Origin: Podarcis pityusensis
Taxonomy: Eukaryota
Direction: 5' to 3' (one strand)
DNA: 64,000 bases
NCBI GenBank assembly: GCA_964106645.2
Contig: OZ067040.1
The notes below the pieces were generated by a model. It was not told the DNA's origin. It saw nothing but the letters and a program-made list of their open reading frames with translations, and made no database searches. The translations under genes and the position numbers were made by a program. How positions within the stretch are numbered: the first letter of the stretch is position 1; each line of letters starts with the position of its first letter. Below are positions 27,181-39,387 of the stretch, piece by piece.

Positions 27181-27765
27181 ATAAATATATTGTGGCTCAG
27201 GCCACAGCATTTATTGGAACAGAATGTGAGTTGCTTTACTACAGAAACCAATTAAAATAAAACAAGCAAATAATATACACTACTACCGTGCAATGTCCAA
27301 TACATAGTTGTCATGGCATAGCTTCAGCATGGCCCCAGCTCAACTCAATTAACTGTGCTGCTAGAAGCTGCTAGAAGCCAGTTGAATGATGCTGTGAGCT
27401 TGATCTGTGCTGAAGCAGTTCCATGGCTCCTTCAATCTGTTCCAGACTCAGCCCAAGCTTCCAGCATGTGTCCTTTGTGTTTTGGTATCACTTTTTTTAA
27501 CCAGTGAAAATATTGTTGCTGTCATCCGTCTATCTCAGGACGCAGTGGAAGAGTGCAGGGATCCCTGGGAGTCCTGCCTTCTTCCATTCTGTATACATGA
27601 CCAAGCCCGTGTGGACGTCACTGAGATAGAAGTGTGAACATGATGGGAATGTGGGCTTGGGAGAAAGTAAGATCTTCTATAGACTGAATATAAGACCTAC
27701 TAAAACACTGTATTATTCCCACTTCAAAATGTACCTCATTTCCCCCAACACACAACAATTCTTAC

Positions 27766-27915
27766 CAGAGATTGGTACTTTTGGCTTCCATACATAACAT
27801 ACTGAGGTGCCAAGCTGTATATCATGTAGCTGGTGTGAAGAACAATCAACAGCAGTATCATGCAGAGAAAGAGAAGCGCCTGTGGCCTTGTCCTCCCCCG
27901 TCTGATCTTGTACAG
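27766..27915 (-). CDS. LMBRD1: LMBRD1 exon 13 (150 nt)
   Basis: LYKIRRGRTRPQALLFLCMILLLIVLHTSYMIYSLAPQYVMYGSQKYQSL; tcttag / gtaaga. Confidence 0.97.
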
Positions 27916-28910
27916 CTAAGAGCAAAAACATTAATATGAATTTCACCAACATTATGCCTTGGGCAGACCTGGTCTTTTATTTTAAAATATTTCTGTGACA
28001 CCTTTCCGAGACTTAAAGAGCTTGCAAAACTTTTTAAGAACAGGATTTCTATTACTGAAGTACTAATTTTCTTGATACTAATTTTCTTGATACTTGGTGC
28101 TTCACATTCAGCTTGTACTAATCATTATCATTCCTACTTTTTTATGTAGTGCAATAGGAGAACAGAGGAAGCTGCCTTTACACTGTGTTAAGGCTATTGG
28201 TCCATCTAACCTAGTTTGGCCTATTCTGACGAGCAATGGCTTTCCAAGGACTCAGGAACAAAGGCCTTTCCATTTTCCATTACCTATCTAATTTTTTTCA
28301 TTTTTAAAAAATTGAAGATGCCACAAATTGAATTTGGGATCCTTAACATAGAAAGCAAATGCTGTACCATAAGAAATAATAATAATAATACTACAGCTGA
28401 CACTGTAGTGGGTGGAGGAGTTTAAGAAATGTCAAATTGTTTAAACAACTGCTGTTTACGATCTAAAAACAGCCAAGTAGAGAGAAACAGGGGAAAGAAA
28501 GAATGATGAGAGGCAAGAGAAAACTATGGCAAGGGAGGAATGAAAGCAAATGCTAGTACCTAAAGTTCAAGTTATTGTGGATGGGGAATCTATCAAGGGG
28601 CTAGTTACATCAAATACTTCTCACTTTTATTTATTTTTACAAGAGATGATTGAAAGTGGGGAGGGAAGAGGGACAATTCCACACAGGTGTTTTGGGAGGG
28701 AGTTCAAGACAAAAGCGCAGCAAGGGAAAACTGATGGAAGTCATCTGCAGTAGAGCAAGAGAACTGTGAGGACAAGGGTGGTAGGACTGTAAGAGCAAAC
28801 ACAATTTTTACATGTCATTAGCCAAGCCCACTCAAATGCCTTAGCAATGGACACCACAATCCTTTCCCAACAATGGAGTGTTGTGGTAGAAAGGGGTCTT
28901 GCACTGCAAT

Positions 28911-28991
28911 TCTATAGATGTATACTCAAAAATAAGCCACATTCAATTTGACAGCACTTACTCCCAGGTAAGTCAGTGTATGATTGCAGCC
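28911..28991. repeat. Old palindromic ~80-bp dispersed repeat
   Basis: CTGCAATTCTATA...TATGATTGCAG inverted ends; related copies at ~2304-2395 and ~62300-62380. Confidence 0.5.
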
Positions 28992-29743
28992 TTAAAGTAT
29001 GAATTAGGAGACTTGCCATATAACAAAATTCCCCCATTAGTCCATTTCACCAGCAGAATTAGAATAGCACATTCTACAGACTTAAGGTGGGCACAGAGCT
29101 TCAATCAAAATGAAACAGCATGGTGCTAATAGCTCTCTGGGCGGAAATGAGGCTAGGGCATCAAAATCAGAGAGGCCCTGAAGGAATATGAGCTGGTGAC
29201 TGCTATGCTGGAGCAGGAAGCCTACAACAGACCAATCTATATATAGACACTTATTTTATCTTATATTTTTGCACAGAGCAAATCACTTTCAAACTGGGCA
29301 TTTTTTAAAATTAAAAATCATATTATTAGATTTTACAAGTTCCTTTTATAGCAAGCCTCTCTTTTTAAAAAAATGCCTTGTTTAAGATGAAGTATATGTT
29401 TAATAGAATTAAACATGTTGAAGTGCCTGCAGGTAGTGAGCGTTTGGGCTGAGGCACTCAAGAAGATTAACAGCATAATAAGGCAATCAACTGTTAAAAT
29501 ACAATTTTCTGTATCAGATCCACAACAAGGAAGAATATAATGAGCAATATCCAATGAAGTAGTTCTGTCCACAATGGGGCCTTCTCTCCCTCTCTTTTCC
29601 CTGCTCATCCCCTAAATGTGTTCTGGGGTTTCTCTCACTCTTCCAGAGCTAATTTGGGGAGAGTATATGGGGCATGCAGAGAGAGAGGAGATGTATTTGG
29701 AAGATTTGGTTTTAAACACTGTACACATTAAACATTATACATA

Positions 29744-29904
29744 CAGGGAACCCCAATTTGTGTAGGGGTTGCATTCCTCCCCCCCTCCCCCCACGTAGCA
29801 CGTGTAAGCCTACCCTGCCCCCTTTCCCAACCACTTCCGGATTCCGGCAATGCACGCATGCACATTTTTGCATGTTTGAACATGTACAAAATGGGCATTG
29901 CCTG
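29744..29904. mobile_element. Old CAGG-terminus Tc/pogo-like MITE
   Basis: TA-CAGG...CCTG-TA; shares CGTGTAAGCC and CACTTCCGG with 30902-31083. Confidence 0.65.
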
Positions 29905-30039
29905 TAGTTCTTTACATTCTCCATATAATGTCTCTATTGTATATCTATATACACAATGTGGCAGCACTTCTGCAACACACCAAGTTTATTGAAAGAAGGG
30001 TAGGATACAACTGTAATAAATAAATCTCTCTATATTTAC

Positions 30040-30144
30040 CCTTATCCAGAAGAACCATATTCCCATGTTTCGAATTCCTGCCATTGAGGTGAATATAAAG
30101 TACATGATGATAGTAGTGATGAGGATATAATCAAGGGGGAAGAC
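30040..30144 (-). CDS. LMBRD1: LMBRD1 exon 12 (105 nt)
   Basis: VFPLDYILITTIIMYFIFTSMAGIRNMGIWFFWIR; ttctag / gtaaat. Confidence 0.97.
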
Positions 30145-30731
30145 CTAGAAGACAAAAAATAAATTAGAGTTTAAATTTCATGAAACTCTTCCAGTTTAAA
30201 ACACAATCCCTCCCATAATAAAATGACAGATGGGGAGGGGGCATACCAGGGCTAACTTAATTTTGCCCCAAGATTACATCTAATACACCAGGGGTAAAGA
30301 CTTTCACTGGTACCTGAGACACTATGCTTGCATTATACAAAAAAAAAAGTCTAATCATCCTGGAAGCAAAATTATGAAGTAAATGTGCAGGCACCTTCAA
30401 AGTAATTTATGTGAAATGAGCACTATTATGGTACAGAGGAATGTTCACTTGCTGGTGGGGGTATCCGCCTCAAATTTTGAGTTATGCCTCTGTGGCAGCC
30501 ATTTTCTCACTGGCATCCTCAGCAGTCTCTCAAAATTCAAAATGTGCCCAGTGGCAAGTCCAGTAATATACCCATACCAAAACCCCAAAGGTCTAATTCA
30601 TATGTAATGCCAAAATTAACCATGGCCTGTACGAACGTATTTGCCTCTGTTTAAACAATAACCTTGTTTCACTGGAGAATTCACTGAAGAGTTACCATTG
30701 GCATTACAAGCTTCCATTATCTTTTACTCAC

Positions 30732-30834
30732 AGTTTGTAGAATGGGTAACAGCATATTCAATGGATTGGTCAAATTTGTTCCCAGGATTATAAATCCAGT
30801 GTCGATGCCAGCTGAGTGCAGTGCTTTATCCAAA
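30732..30834 (-). CDS. LMBRD1: LMBRD1 exon 11 (103 nt)
   Basis: LDKALHSAGIDTGFIILGTNLTNPLNMLLPILQT; caacag / gtgagt. Confidence 0.97.
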
Positions 30835-30901
30835 CTGTTGCAATTTCAAAAAAAGAGATTATTTCTTGATTTTTGAAAACACCAGCCCTACATACAGAGT
30901 A

Positions 30902-31083
30902 CAGGAAACTCCCTTGTTTGCACGGGGGTTGTGTTCTGAGGCACCGCACACGTCAGTGGACCGTGTAAGCCCACCCCACCCTGTTCTGCCCTTGTCCCCA
31001 CCCCACTCACTTCCGGGACTGCAAAGGGTGTGCGTGCTAGTGGTCGAGGGCATGCCAAACGCATGCCAACGGGGAGCTGCCTG
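30902..31083. mobile_element. Old CAGG-terminus MITE, second copy
   Basis: TIRs CAGGAAACTCCCTTGTTTGCA / CAGGCAGCTCCCCGTTGGCA, TA flanks; a third, inverted copy lies at ~36106-36286. Confidence 0.7.
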
Positions 31084-32050
31084 TACTTTGTCCGAACTTT
31101 AGTGTCATAATTCATTCTGCAACACTTACTCATATTACCAGACCAACCTGAAATAATCCTGTTTCATCTCTTGAGTTGTATCGGGGTGAAGATTCAAAGT
31201 AAAGAAGTTCTAGCTAATGTGCACATAACTGTAGGCTGCCTCCACGGACAAACATTGCTTTGAAAATAATTCTGGACATTTTGCCAGGACCCTTTCCATT
31301 CTTTCAACCACCGCCCCAAGACCTCAATTCCTTATTAGTGTGGAGAATCACAGGGGAAATATCTTTTGAGGAACCCATAAACTAGGAGTGAGTTTAGACA
31401 ATATTTTTTTCCCATTTCATAGCCCCCCTGACTTCTTTTCATAGGCTCAAATCTAGTTGCAGCATATTAACCATTCCAGCCCACACACATCGACTAGCAG
31501 CCCATATATTTTTTGACAAGGCAGAATTATGCACATTATGCCACTGACATCTGTTTTAAAAACTGAATTTGCTGCAAATTCTAGGTCACCTTTTCATAGG
31601 TAACAGCTGCCTACCTATACATATTCACTACCTGAATATCTCCATATTGCAAGCAAATCAGGAATGGTTCCCTAGAAATCTTTATTCAGTTAAGAGTGTA
31701 TACAGGCATTCTTCTTTTCTTTTAGTTTTTCAAGATCAGTTCGAGCAAGTTTTGCACAATATTTTACTTCAGTGTATATGCTGATCATCAAGAACTAAAA
31801 GATGCAATGCAGCAAGTGCTTGCTTTGAGCGAAACACATTGCAATAAGGGAAAATTCGAAAGAGAGATGTAATATTTAATAAACTGTGTTCACTTCTGGA
31901 TTTAAACCACTGGATTCATATCCACTCTCAATTTTGGGGTGGTAAACGAGAAACATATTCACATGAAAGGTTAGCGTGAATTCCACTTTGCAAGTAATAT
32001 AATTTCACACAGCCTCATTTTTAAATGTAGAAAGCACACTATAAACTTAC

Positions 32051-32115
32051 TTGGACAAGAAGAGTGAAATAACAAACAGCAGGGCCACCAGGATAAAAAA
32101 TATTCCCCAGACAAT
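32051..32115 (-). CDS. LMBRD1: LMBRD1 exon 10 (65 nt)
   Basis: IVWGIFFILVALLFVISLFLS(N); ttttag / gtaagt. Confidence 0.97.
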
Positions 32116-32165
32116 CTAAAAGACAAATTATTTATTTAATAAAAAATAAGTATATATCACTATAG

Positions 32166-32488
32166 CAGGGGTGGCCAACTCCGGAGAGATTGCGATATAC
32201 TTTCAAAATTAAAATCTGGCAGTGATCTACCCTCAAAATTGTTGAGCTTTTTTGGGGACTTTTTTTGCAGCTCTTCTGAGGGAGGGAAGAACAGAAGCAG
32301 CCACTAATCTTACCATCGCTGGCCAGATAACAACCTCCATTTCTAAACTCTGACTTCCCTTCTGTAACAATAGAGGCCGGCGCAAGGAGAGGGGGCGGGG
32401 CCAGAAGGGGGCCAGTGATCGACCACGATCTACCAAAACCTCACAGGGATCGACCAGTAGATCGCAATCGACGTGTTGGACATCCCTG
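32166..32488. mobile_element. hAT (Charlie-like) non-autonomous element, 323 bp, perfect 8-bp TSD
   Basis: TIR CAGGGGTGGCCAAC / CAGGGATGTCCAAC; CACTATAG at 32158-32165 and 32489-32496; subterminal GATCGAC/GATCTAC repeats. Confidence 0.93.
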
Positions 32489-33085
32489 CACTATAGCATA
32501 AAAAATAGCAAACTGCTTCACAGTTATGTACACATATTATAAAAACACATACAAAATTTGAAATCTGACACAATCAACTACGTATTATGGAAAGATGTAT
32601 TCTTAATTGCCTGCATAAGCCTGGCAGAATAGAATAGTTTTCAGCAGAAGTTTAAAGGGTGAAATTGAAGGAGCCTGATGAATTTCTACTGGCAGAGAAT
32701 TCTACAGAGCTGGAATGGGGACACTAAATCCTCTATTTCATGTTGATGTCAAATGAGCACCACCAACTTGGGGAACAACCAACGACACTGCTGCAGATGC
32801 TCTGGAGCTGGGATATAAAGGTTTAGGTGGTCTCCAAGGTACCTTGGACCTAAGTTGTTCATGCTTTGTAAATTCTAAGCTGTCACTGAAACTCGTTTTC
32901 TCAATGGCACCTATGGCTTGTGCTGCATGGGTTCATTTTCAAGTACCATCAGAGAGGGCAATCCAAAAAAGATATTTAAAAATAGATGTTATAAAATGAT
33001 GAATACTTAAAAAAAACAAAACACTGCAATGAGGAAAGCATCCCTAATACAATTTCTTACATGCATCTCATTAAATTGTAGCACA

Positions 33086-33131
33086 TTAGTGTGGCTGGGG
33101 TACAAATAATAAATTATTATTATTATTATTA
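33086..33131 (+). mobile_element. Extremely truncated L2 tail with 7-bp TSD TAGCACA
   Basis: GTGGCTGGGGTACAAATAATAAAT(TAT)n flanked by TAGCACA at 33079-33085 and 33132-33138. Confidence 0.75.
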
Positions 33132-34467
33132 TAGCACACACGTAGCCCTTGCGCAAGCAGCTTTCAAGAACTTGCTAAGCTGTTCTATGGTCTCCACAAT
33201 GGCAGACCCCACAGTACCATGCAGAATGAGCAGGAAGATTTTAGAAAATTACCCCTACCACAACAAGTGTGTGAAAGTGACAAACATTTAAGCAAACATC
33301 AAAATGATGCAGTGTAGCTAAAATATCCCTTCTGTATATCCAAAGGTTCACACACATTGAAATTCAGCTGGCCACTGAATTTAAGAAATTTTACACTGAG
33401 GAGATCTGCTTAAGAGAAGTGTTTTTTCTGAAACTACATAGAAAGAGTGGGAAAGCAACAAGAAGTCAAACCTACACACTTACACAGTAAAATAATGGCG
33501 TGTAATAAAGACTGAAAAGTGTTGCCTGGCTTCTTGGCAATCTTGTTTTTTGTTGTTTTTTTTCAAAGCAATATTCTCTGAGCAATTGAAGCCACAAGAT
33601 AAATATATTCATTTAAAGATTGAGAGCACAATGCAAGACCTTTTTTCAAGATAAATTTTCAGTGGAAGCTCTTAATGAGCTGCAAATACCAAATGTAGAA
33701 CTCCATATGTTCACTGCTATTCTCAAATGTTCACAAACAAAAAGTCACAGTATCTGTTTTGAAATGGGGGGAGGGGGAGAAATCACACAGATCAAATATC
33801 TATAACTCTAGAGAATGACCGCCACTCTCCAAGACAAAGTGTTTGTTTATTGTAGGAATATTCTGGGATGAGTGCATTTTGTGTTACGTGAACTACAGCA
33901 GCATAGTAATAAATGCCATTTTTCCCAATTTGTACTAGCTTTCACTTGCTACCTATCAGTGAAAAAATGAATGTTAACTAAGATCATGGTGCATTCCAAG
34001 CAGTGTGCTGGTTCAATTTTAGATCATGCAATTAAAAGGAAAACAGCATAGGCAGTATCAACGATAACCGGAGGTCACTTTGTAAAACTTTCCTACACAA
34101 ATGTAACTTGTATGTGTCCCAAATTATCATCTACCCTCTATTTTTCCTGCAGGAAGATAGCCTTGAGTGAAGTGGCTCCCAATAGCTAGATGCAAACAGA
34201 TACACAATTTTATTGCAATAAATTACAAAAGGGGATGTGGCAGTTAACAGAAAAGGCTAACAGGTGCCATGAAAATTTACAAGCCCCTGCTATGTGCACT
34301 TTCGCTACACATGGTTACCACAAACTGAGACAGTCACATCGAACCAGTAGGCACACACAGACACCGCCCAATGCTCAAAAAAACCAAACTACTATTACAA
34401 CAGTGGATTAAAGCTCAAGTTTGCATTTGATCAGCTTCTGCATAATTGCAACAGCAAATACCAAATG

Positions 34468-34513
34468 TAATAATAATAATAATTTTATTATTTATACCCC
34501 ACCCATCTGGCTG
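34468..34513 (-). mobile_element. L2 3' tail fragment
   Basis: Reverse complement CCAGCCAGATGGGTGGGGTATAAATAATAAAA(TTA)n matches the 5027-5095 tail. Confidence 0.75.
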
Positions 34514-34655
34514 GTAGTTGGCATGCCAAAGAGAACTATGAAATTAAGTTCTATACGACAACGAAACAGCATAGAAATTTAACAGTCCAGGCTTTTCTAC
34601 AGAACTAAACTTTTGGTGCAAAATCAAACATAATTAGCCTGTATTCTACCTAATT

Positions 34656-35010
34656 AAGGTAAAGGTACCCCTGCCCATACGGGCCAGTCGTGTCCGACTC
34701 TAGGGTTGTGCGCCCATCTCACTTAAGAGGCCGGGGCCAGCGCTGTCCGCAGACACTTCCGGGTCACGTGGCCGGCGTGACAAGCTGCATCTGGCGAGCC
34801 AGCGCAGCACACGGAAACTTTGTTTACCTTCCCGCTAGTAAGTGGTCCCTATTTATCTACTTGCACCCGGGGGTGCTTTCGAACTGCTAGGTTGGCAGGC
34901 GCTGGGCCCAAGCAACGGGAGCGCACCCCGCCGTGAGGATTCGAAGCGCCGACCTGACGATCGGCAAGTCCTAGGCGCTGAGGTTTTACCCACAGCGCCA
35001 CCCGTGTCCC
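34656..35010 (-). mobile_element. Full-length Sauria SINE (Squam1-type), young, 11-bp TSD
   Basis: tRNA head GGGACACGGGTGGCGCTGTGGG (A box) and B-box-like GCTTCGAATCC; ACCTTT tail; CpG-rich; TCTACCTAATT at 34645-34655 and 35017-35027. Confidence 0.93.
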
Positions 35011-35304
35011 TAATTGTCTACCTAATTGCCAATATGCTATTATGTGTTTGTGGTAAAAGCTTTCGTGCTGGAAAAGGTCCTTGAAGGATATAAAGTGCAT
35101 GCTAACTTGTAAGAAGCTACTACTGCATTGTGTATATATACCAGATATCCAGAACACGTTATATGAAAAGAGCTCTAGGGAATGCTGAAGATGCATCCCT
35201 TAACCCTGGGCTTTTGACATTTGAAATGTATATTATTAGGATTCACTCTTTTTAATGTTGTGCTTTAAGTGTTGTAACTTGCCCTAGGACCTAAGAGTGA
35301 ACGG

Positions 35305-35307
<3 letters not shown>

Positions 35308-35334
<27 letters not shown>
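35308..35334. repeat. (GAT)9 microsatellite, probable LINE tail
   Basis: Direct observation; follows an L2-like 3' sequence. Confidence 0.9.
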
Positions 35335-35335
<1 letters not shown>

Positions 35336-36878
35336 GGAATAATTTATTAGGTCTGACCTCCAAACTAAACACATGACAAGTGTATACTCCTAAAAACTGG
35401 AAATACTATGCAGTTTCTATTTATCTTCAGTATTTTAAACAATCAGGATATTGCAAGGTCATTTTCTGATTGATTTGCATGTAACTTTTGTGTCTTTAGA
35501 TATGAAGAGGGTATTTTTAAGATGAAATAATACTTTTCTGGTGACAATTCAACCCAGATATGCTGAAAGGATCTCTGGTAGAAAGCATGCATATTGAAAA
35601 CCAGAAGTACTTTCAGCAGTATTCAGGTGTAATCCTGTTTATTTAAGTTCAAAATCCCCAGTGTCTTCAGGCTTTTGCTTCTACTTCTGCTACATACCTT
35701 CATTTCTCCACATTCGTGCCCTGATGCTTTTCTAACTCTAAATTCAATTTGTTGCTTATTTGTTCATCCTACAAGTCTGTTCACACATTTCTCCACCTGT
35801 CTACCCATCTTAATTTGATCCACTATTTGTCCAATTTTATCAGTAACTTCAACCATAAATCTTGCTCCTGCTTCCAACTTAGTTTATATAGTTGCTAAAT
35901 AGATTGTGACCTTGTGGCACTGCAAAACTGTCAATGGCTACAGTCCTAAGCATATTTCAAAGGAACCTCATTTCCAAGTAAATCAACAGAACTTTTTTAA
36001 AAATCAACTTTTTTAAAAAAAGAACTGATGTCACAATTATCTAGTGCTTATATAGTATAAATTCATCTATCTTCTACATCTTGCTTTTACTTTTGAATCA
36101 TAATACAGGCAGCAAGTGATTCAGGCATGTCCAAATGATGCGTGATCACACACACGTCACCAAACCCAAAAGTAGCCCCCTGATGTCTAAAGACATAATG
36201 AAAAGGGGCAGGGTGGGCTTACGTGCACTCAGCTGATGTCTGTGGGGGTTTGGAATGTAACCCCTGTACAAAACAAGGATTGCTTGTATTCTTTTAACTA
36301 TAAAAAGGCAGAAATAGTTGAAAACTGTGCATATAATGAATTGGCAGGTTCACAAGAGACCTGACCAGATTGATTTGTAAACAGTATGTTGTGCAAACAC
36401 ATTTGACAAAGACACATTACTGTTAATGTTACAAAATATTGCAAGTATTTATTTATTGAGTTTACTAAGTTGATTCTTTGTTCCAACCTAGTGTTAAAAT
36501 GGAAGTCCATCCAAGTAACATCACTGCCTATTTCCCCCTACATCTTGGCAACATAAGCACCATTTTCTATCGTAACGGACCATTTCTGTCATTCTTAAAG
36601 ACTTATTTGAACTTTAATTAGTATAATCTGCCCCAGAATCTTTGGTCTATAGAGTTCTAGTCTTATCCTGCTTACCAACAACCTGGGAAACTAAAAGTAT
36701 TGATTTTTGTTTGTTTGATTTGTTCTAAAGATGGATAGTGTGAAAACATGCGTAAAACGTCTCAGATGCAAAGAGCTGCTTTAAGGGAGCCCAAGGTGAG
36801 CAGGCCACATTTACCCACAGATACAGCAGATTTTGAAAGCCATATCACAAATGGGCTATCAGGGTGAGCAAACTGTTA

Positions 36879-37146
36879 CAGTGGTACCTCGGTTTTTGAA
36901 CTGAATCCGTTCCGGAAGATTGTTCCTAAATGTTCAAAAACCAAAAACTCAATACAGGAGTCTCAAAATGGAAAAGTCAATATGGAAGCCGCATGGCATG
37001 CTCGACTTCCGATGTGCATTCAAAAACCGAAGCATTTACTACCAGGTTTACAGCATTCGAAAACTGAAGCATTTACTACCGGGTTTACGGCATTCGAAAA
37101 CCGAAATATTCATCAACTGAGATATTCAAAAACCAAGGTACCACTG
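36879..37146. mobile_element. Tigger/pogo-like MITE, 268 bp
   Basis: 22-bp TIR CAGTGGTACCT(C/T)GGTTTTTGAA, TA TSD. Confidence 0.92.
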
Positions 37147-37157
37147 TACTGCAATTA

Positions 37158-37340
37158 CCGTATTTTTCGCACCACAGGACGCACTTTTTCCTCCTAAAAA
37201 GCAAGGGAAAATGTGTGTGCGTCCTATGGAGCGAATGCAGGGGGGAGGCAGGCGGGGAAAGCCCCCAAGAGCTGCACACAAGCTCCGTGCGCTCTTCCGG
37301 GCTTTTCCACAGGAGGGAGAAGGGACTGACTGGCCGCATC
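37158..37340. mobile_element. Truncated relative of the 13585-14084 MITE
   Basis: TA-CCGTATTTTTCGC...GGAAAATGTGTGTGCGTCCTATGGAGCGAATG matches its left ~80 bp; no right TIR found. Confidence 0.8.
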
Positions 37341-37585
37341 AACCTATAGCCTTAGAGCTTTCATGGGGCCCTCAGTCCAAATCTCATGTTGGTGGCAAGG
37401 AGCGGAAAAAGCACGGAGGAAGAGAAGGGGAGAGATAAAAAGGAATGATCTATCTACCTCAGGCTCTGGGACCACCCATTACTGGCATGCATTGTCAAAA
37501 AAGGACTTTAAATTTGTGCTCTAACCAGTTAGTGGTTTTACATAATACAGGTATACATTAAAAAAAATTACGTGCTATACTTTAC

Positions 37586-37738
37586 TTTTAGTGGCCTCAT
37601 GGCTCCACAGAATCTTGTCCAGCAGCTCTTCTCAATATATTCCAGACGCCTCCCTCTCCTTCGAAGGGCTCTTAGCTTGTCCTCAAGCTGTTGCAGTGTC
37701 CGCCTATCCCGAGTTGGTAGAGGCCGACCATCTTTGCA
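37586..37738 (-). CDS. LMBRD1: LMBRD1 exon 9 (153 nt)
   Basis: CKDGRPLPTRDRRTLQQLEDKLRALRRRGRRLEYIEKSCWTRFCGAMRPLK; cattag / gtaaag. Confidence 0.96.
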
Positions 37739-38832
37739 CTAATGGGGGTTGTAAGGGGGAGAACAAAAGATGTAAATCTTGAAGTTTGAGTTTGTATTTT
37801 TCCATGGTTGTTTGTGTTCTTAATTCAAAGATATCCAGTATCTCATTTTAGCAGCTATGCCATTTAAAAAGGGTTCCACTCAGTGGTTTGTTTCTGTCCA
37901 GTATGTAATACCAGAAGCTTTGCTTCCCCCTGCTATTCCCCTCAGACAAGCCTTCTTTGCCCATGCTGGGGCTTGCTTTTAAAAAAATGGCGGGAAAAGG
38001 AACACAAAAGAGTGTGTATGTGCGTGCGAAAGATAAGTGTACTGTGGCCACATTGAATTATTTTCCCTGCTGCCAGGAAATGCTCTCTGTAATCAGACAA
38101 TAGCATTGTTTTGCATGTAGGAAAAATCAATATTGTGTGGTCTCCACAATCAGAATCAGTACTTGGCTGACTCCGTATGGCAAGCATAAGGTGGGGGGGG
38201 GGGGGGGGCACAGCAATGGCTGTACTCTAATTTTGTACTATGCCACATCCTCATGGTCACCATTTTGTGCTATGCCATGCCCCCACAGCAGCAATTTAGC
38301 TCAATTTTTAGTTATTTGACACTCAATAAACATATTTATTATGTATTCTTGATTTATTATCATCAACCTTCTAATAAAAAATGATCACAAATACAATAAA
38401 GACGTGGGAGAGGGTGCAGGAAGTGGCGGAGCGGAAGAGGTATTTTACCATTTATCATGATATAAGTACCAGCACCACATTTAAAAAACAACAACAACAA
38501 CCAGAAAAGCACTAATTCTACTCAATAAATCACTTGTTCTAGTAAGCATATGTGGAGAGATATTTTTCTGATCTAAGAGTATCAATCCAATTATAAAGTC
38601 TCAAAAATGTCCTCTCTGCAAGTGCCTCACTGAAAAGTGTGTGTGCTTAGTACTCATATTTTTAGAAGTGTGAAAATTATTGAAACTTGTAATACCACTG
38701 CCACAGTTAAATCAAAAGAACAGTATATAGCAGGAGAGGAGAGCTAATAGTTACCGTTATATACAACTGTGAAGATTCATTTTGGTTATTTCAATCTCAC
38801 TAGATATACATTACAGTATATACTTTTTAAAA

Positions 38833-38945
38833 ATTAACAACAACAACAATAATAATAAATATTTATACCCACCCTCCCCAGGCCGGGCCGGGCTCAGGGC
38901 GGCTAACACCAAATATGAATTACAATAAAACATAATAGAAGAAAA
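38833..38945 (-). mobile_element. L2-like 3' tail, different subfamily
   Basis: Reverse: TTAGCCGCCCTGAGCCCGGCCCGGCCTGGGGAGGGTGGGTATAAAT plus (TAT/TGT)n tail. Confidence 0.65.
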
Positions 38946-39387
38946 ACCACCACCACCACCACCAAACAATTGAGGTAAGGTGAGGCGACCACCTCGGGCG
39001 GCAGGATGCACAGGGGCATCAGATCCCAATGGATATATTTATTCCCTCCTTGTTCCTGATGCAGACCTTCACTCACTCCTCCTTCTCTGGTGGGAAGGGG
39101 AAGGAAGGGGCACCATTTTGTGCTTTGCCTCAGGTGCCAAAATGTCTTGAGCCAGCTCTGCCCTCTACCCAATCTAAACATATATTTCTAAAGATTTTAA
39201 ACTGCTCACATTGTTAAATATCAGAGCAGGGTACAGAAAGCAAAAGATAAGATACATATAAGAGAAAATACAGGTCAAGTCACAACAGTACAACACCTAA
39301 TAAATGGATGAAAATTAAGAGAGCCTGTTTGACCAGAGAGCTAAAGCTGTTAAAAAGCAATATTTTAAGACAGAAACCCAACCAAAC

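Noticed and set aside
38193-38208. G/C homopolymer runs (also ~13146, 14279, 47862, 49839) as functional G-quadruplexes
   Set aside because: These are scattered simple mononucleotide runs without positional pattern, and their lengths are prone to sequencing error.
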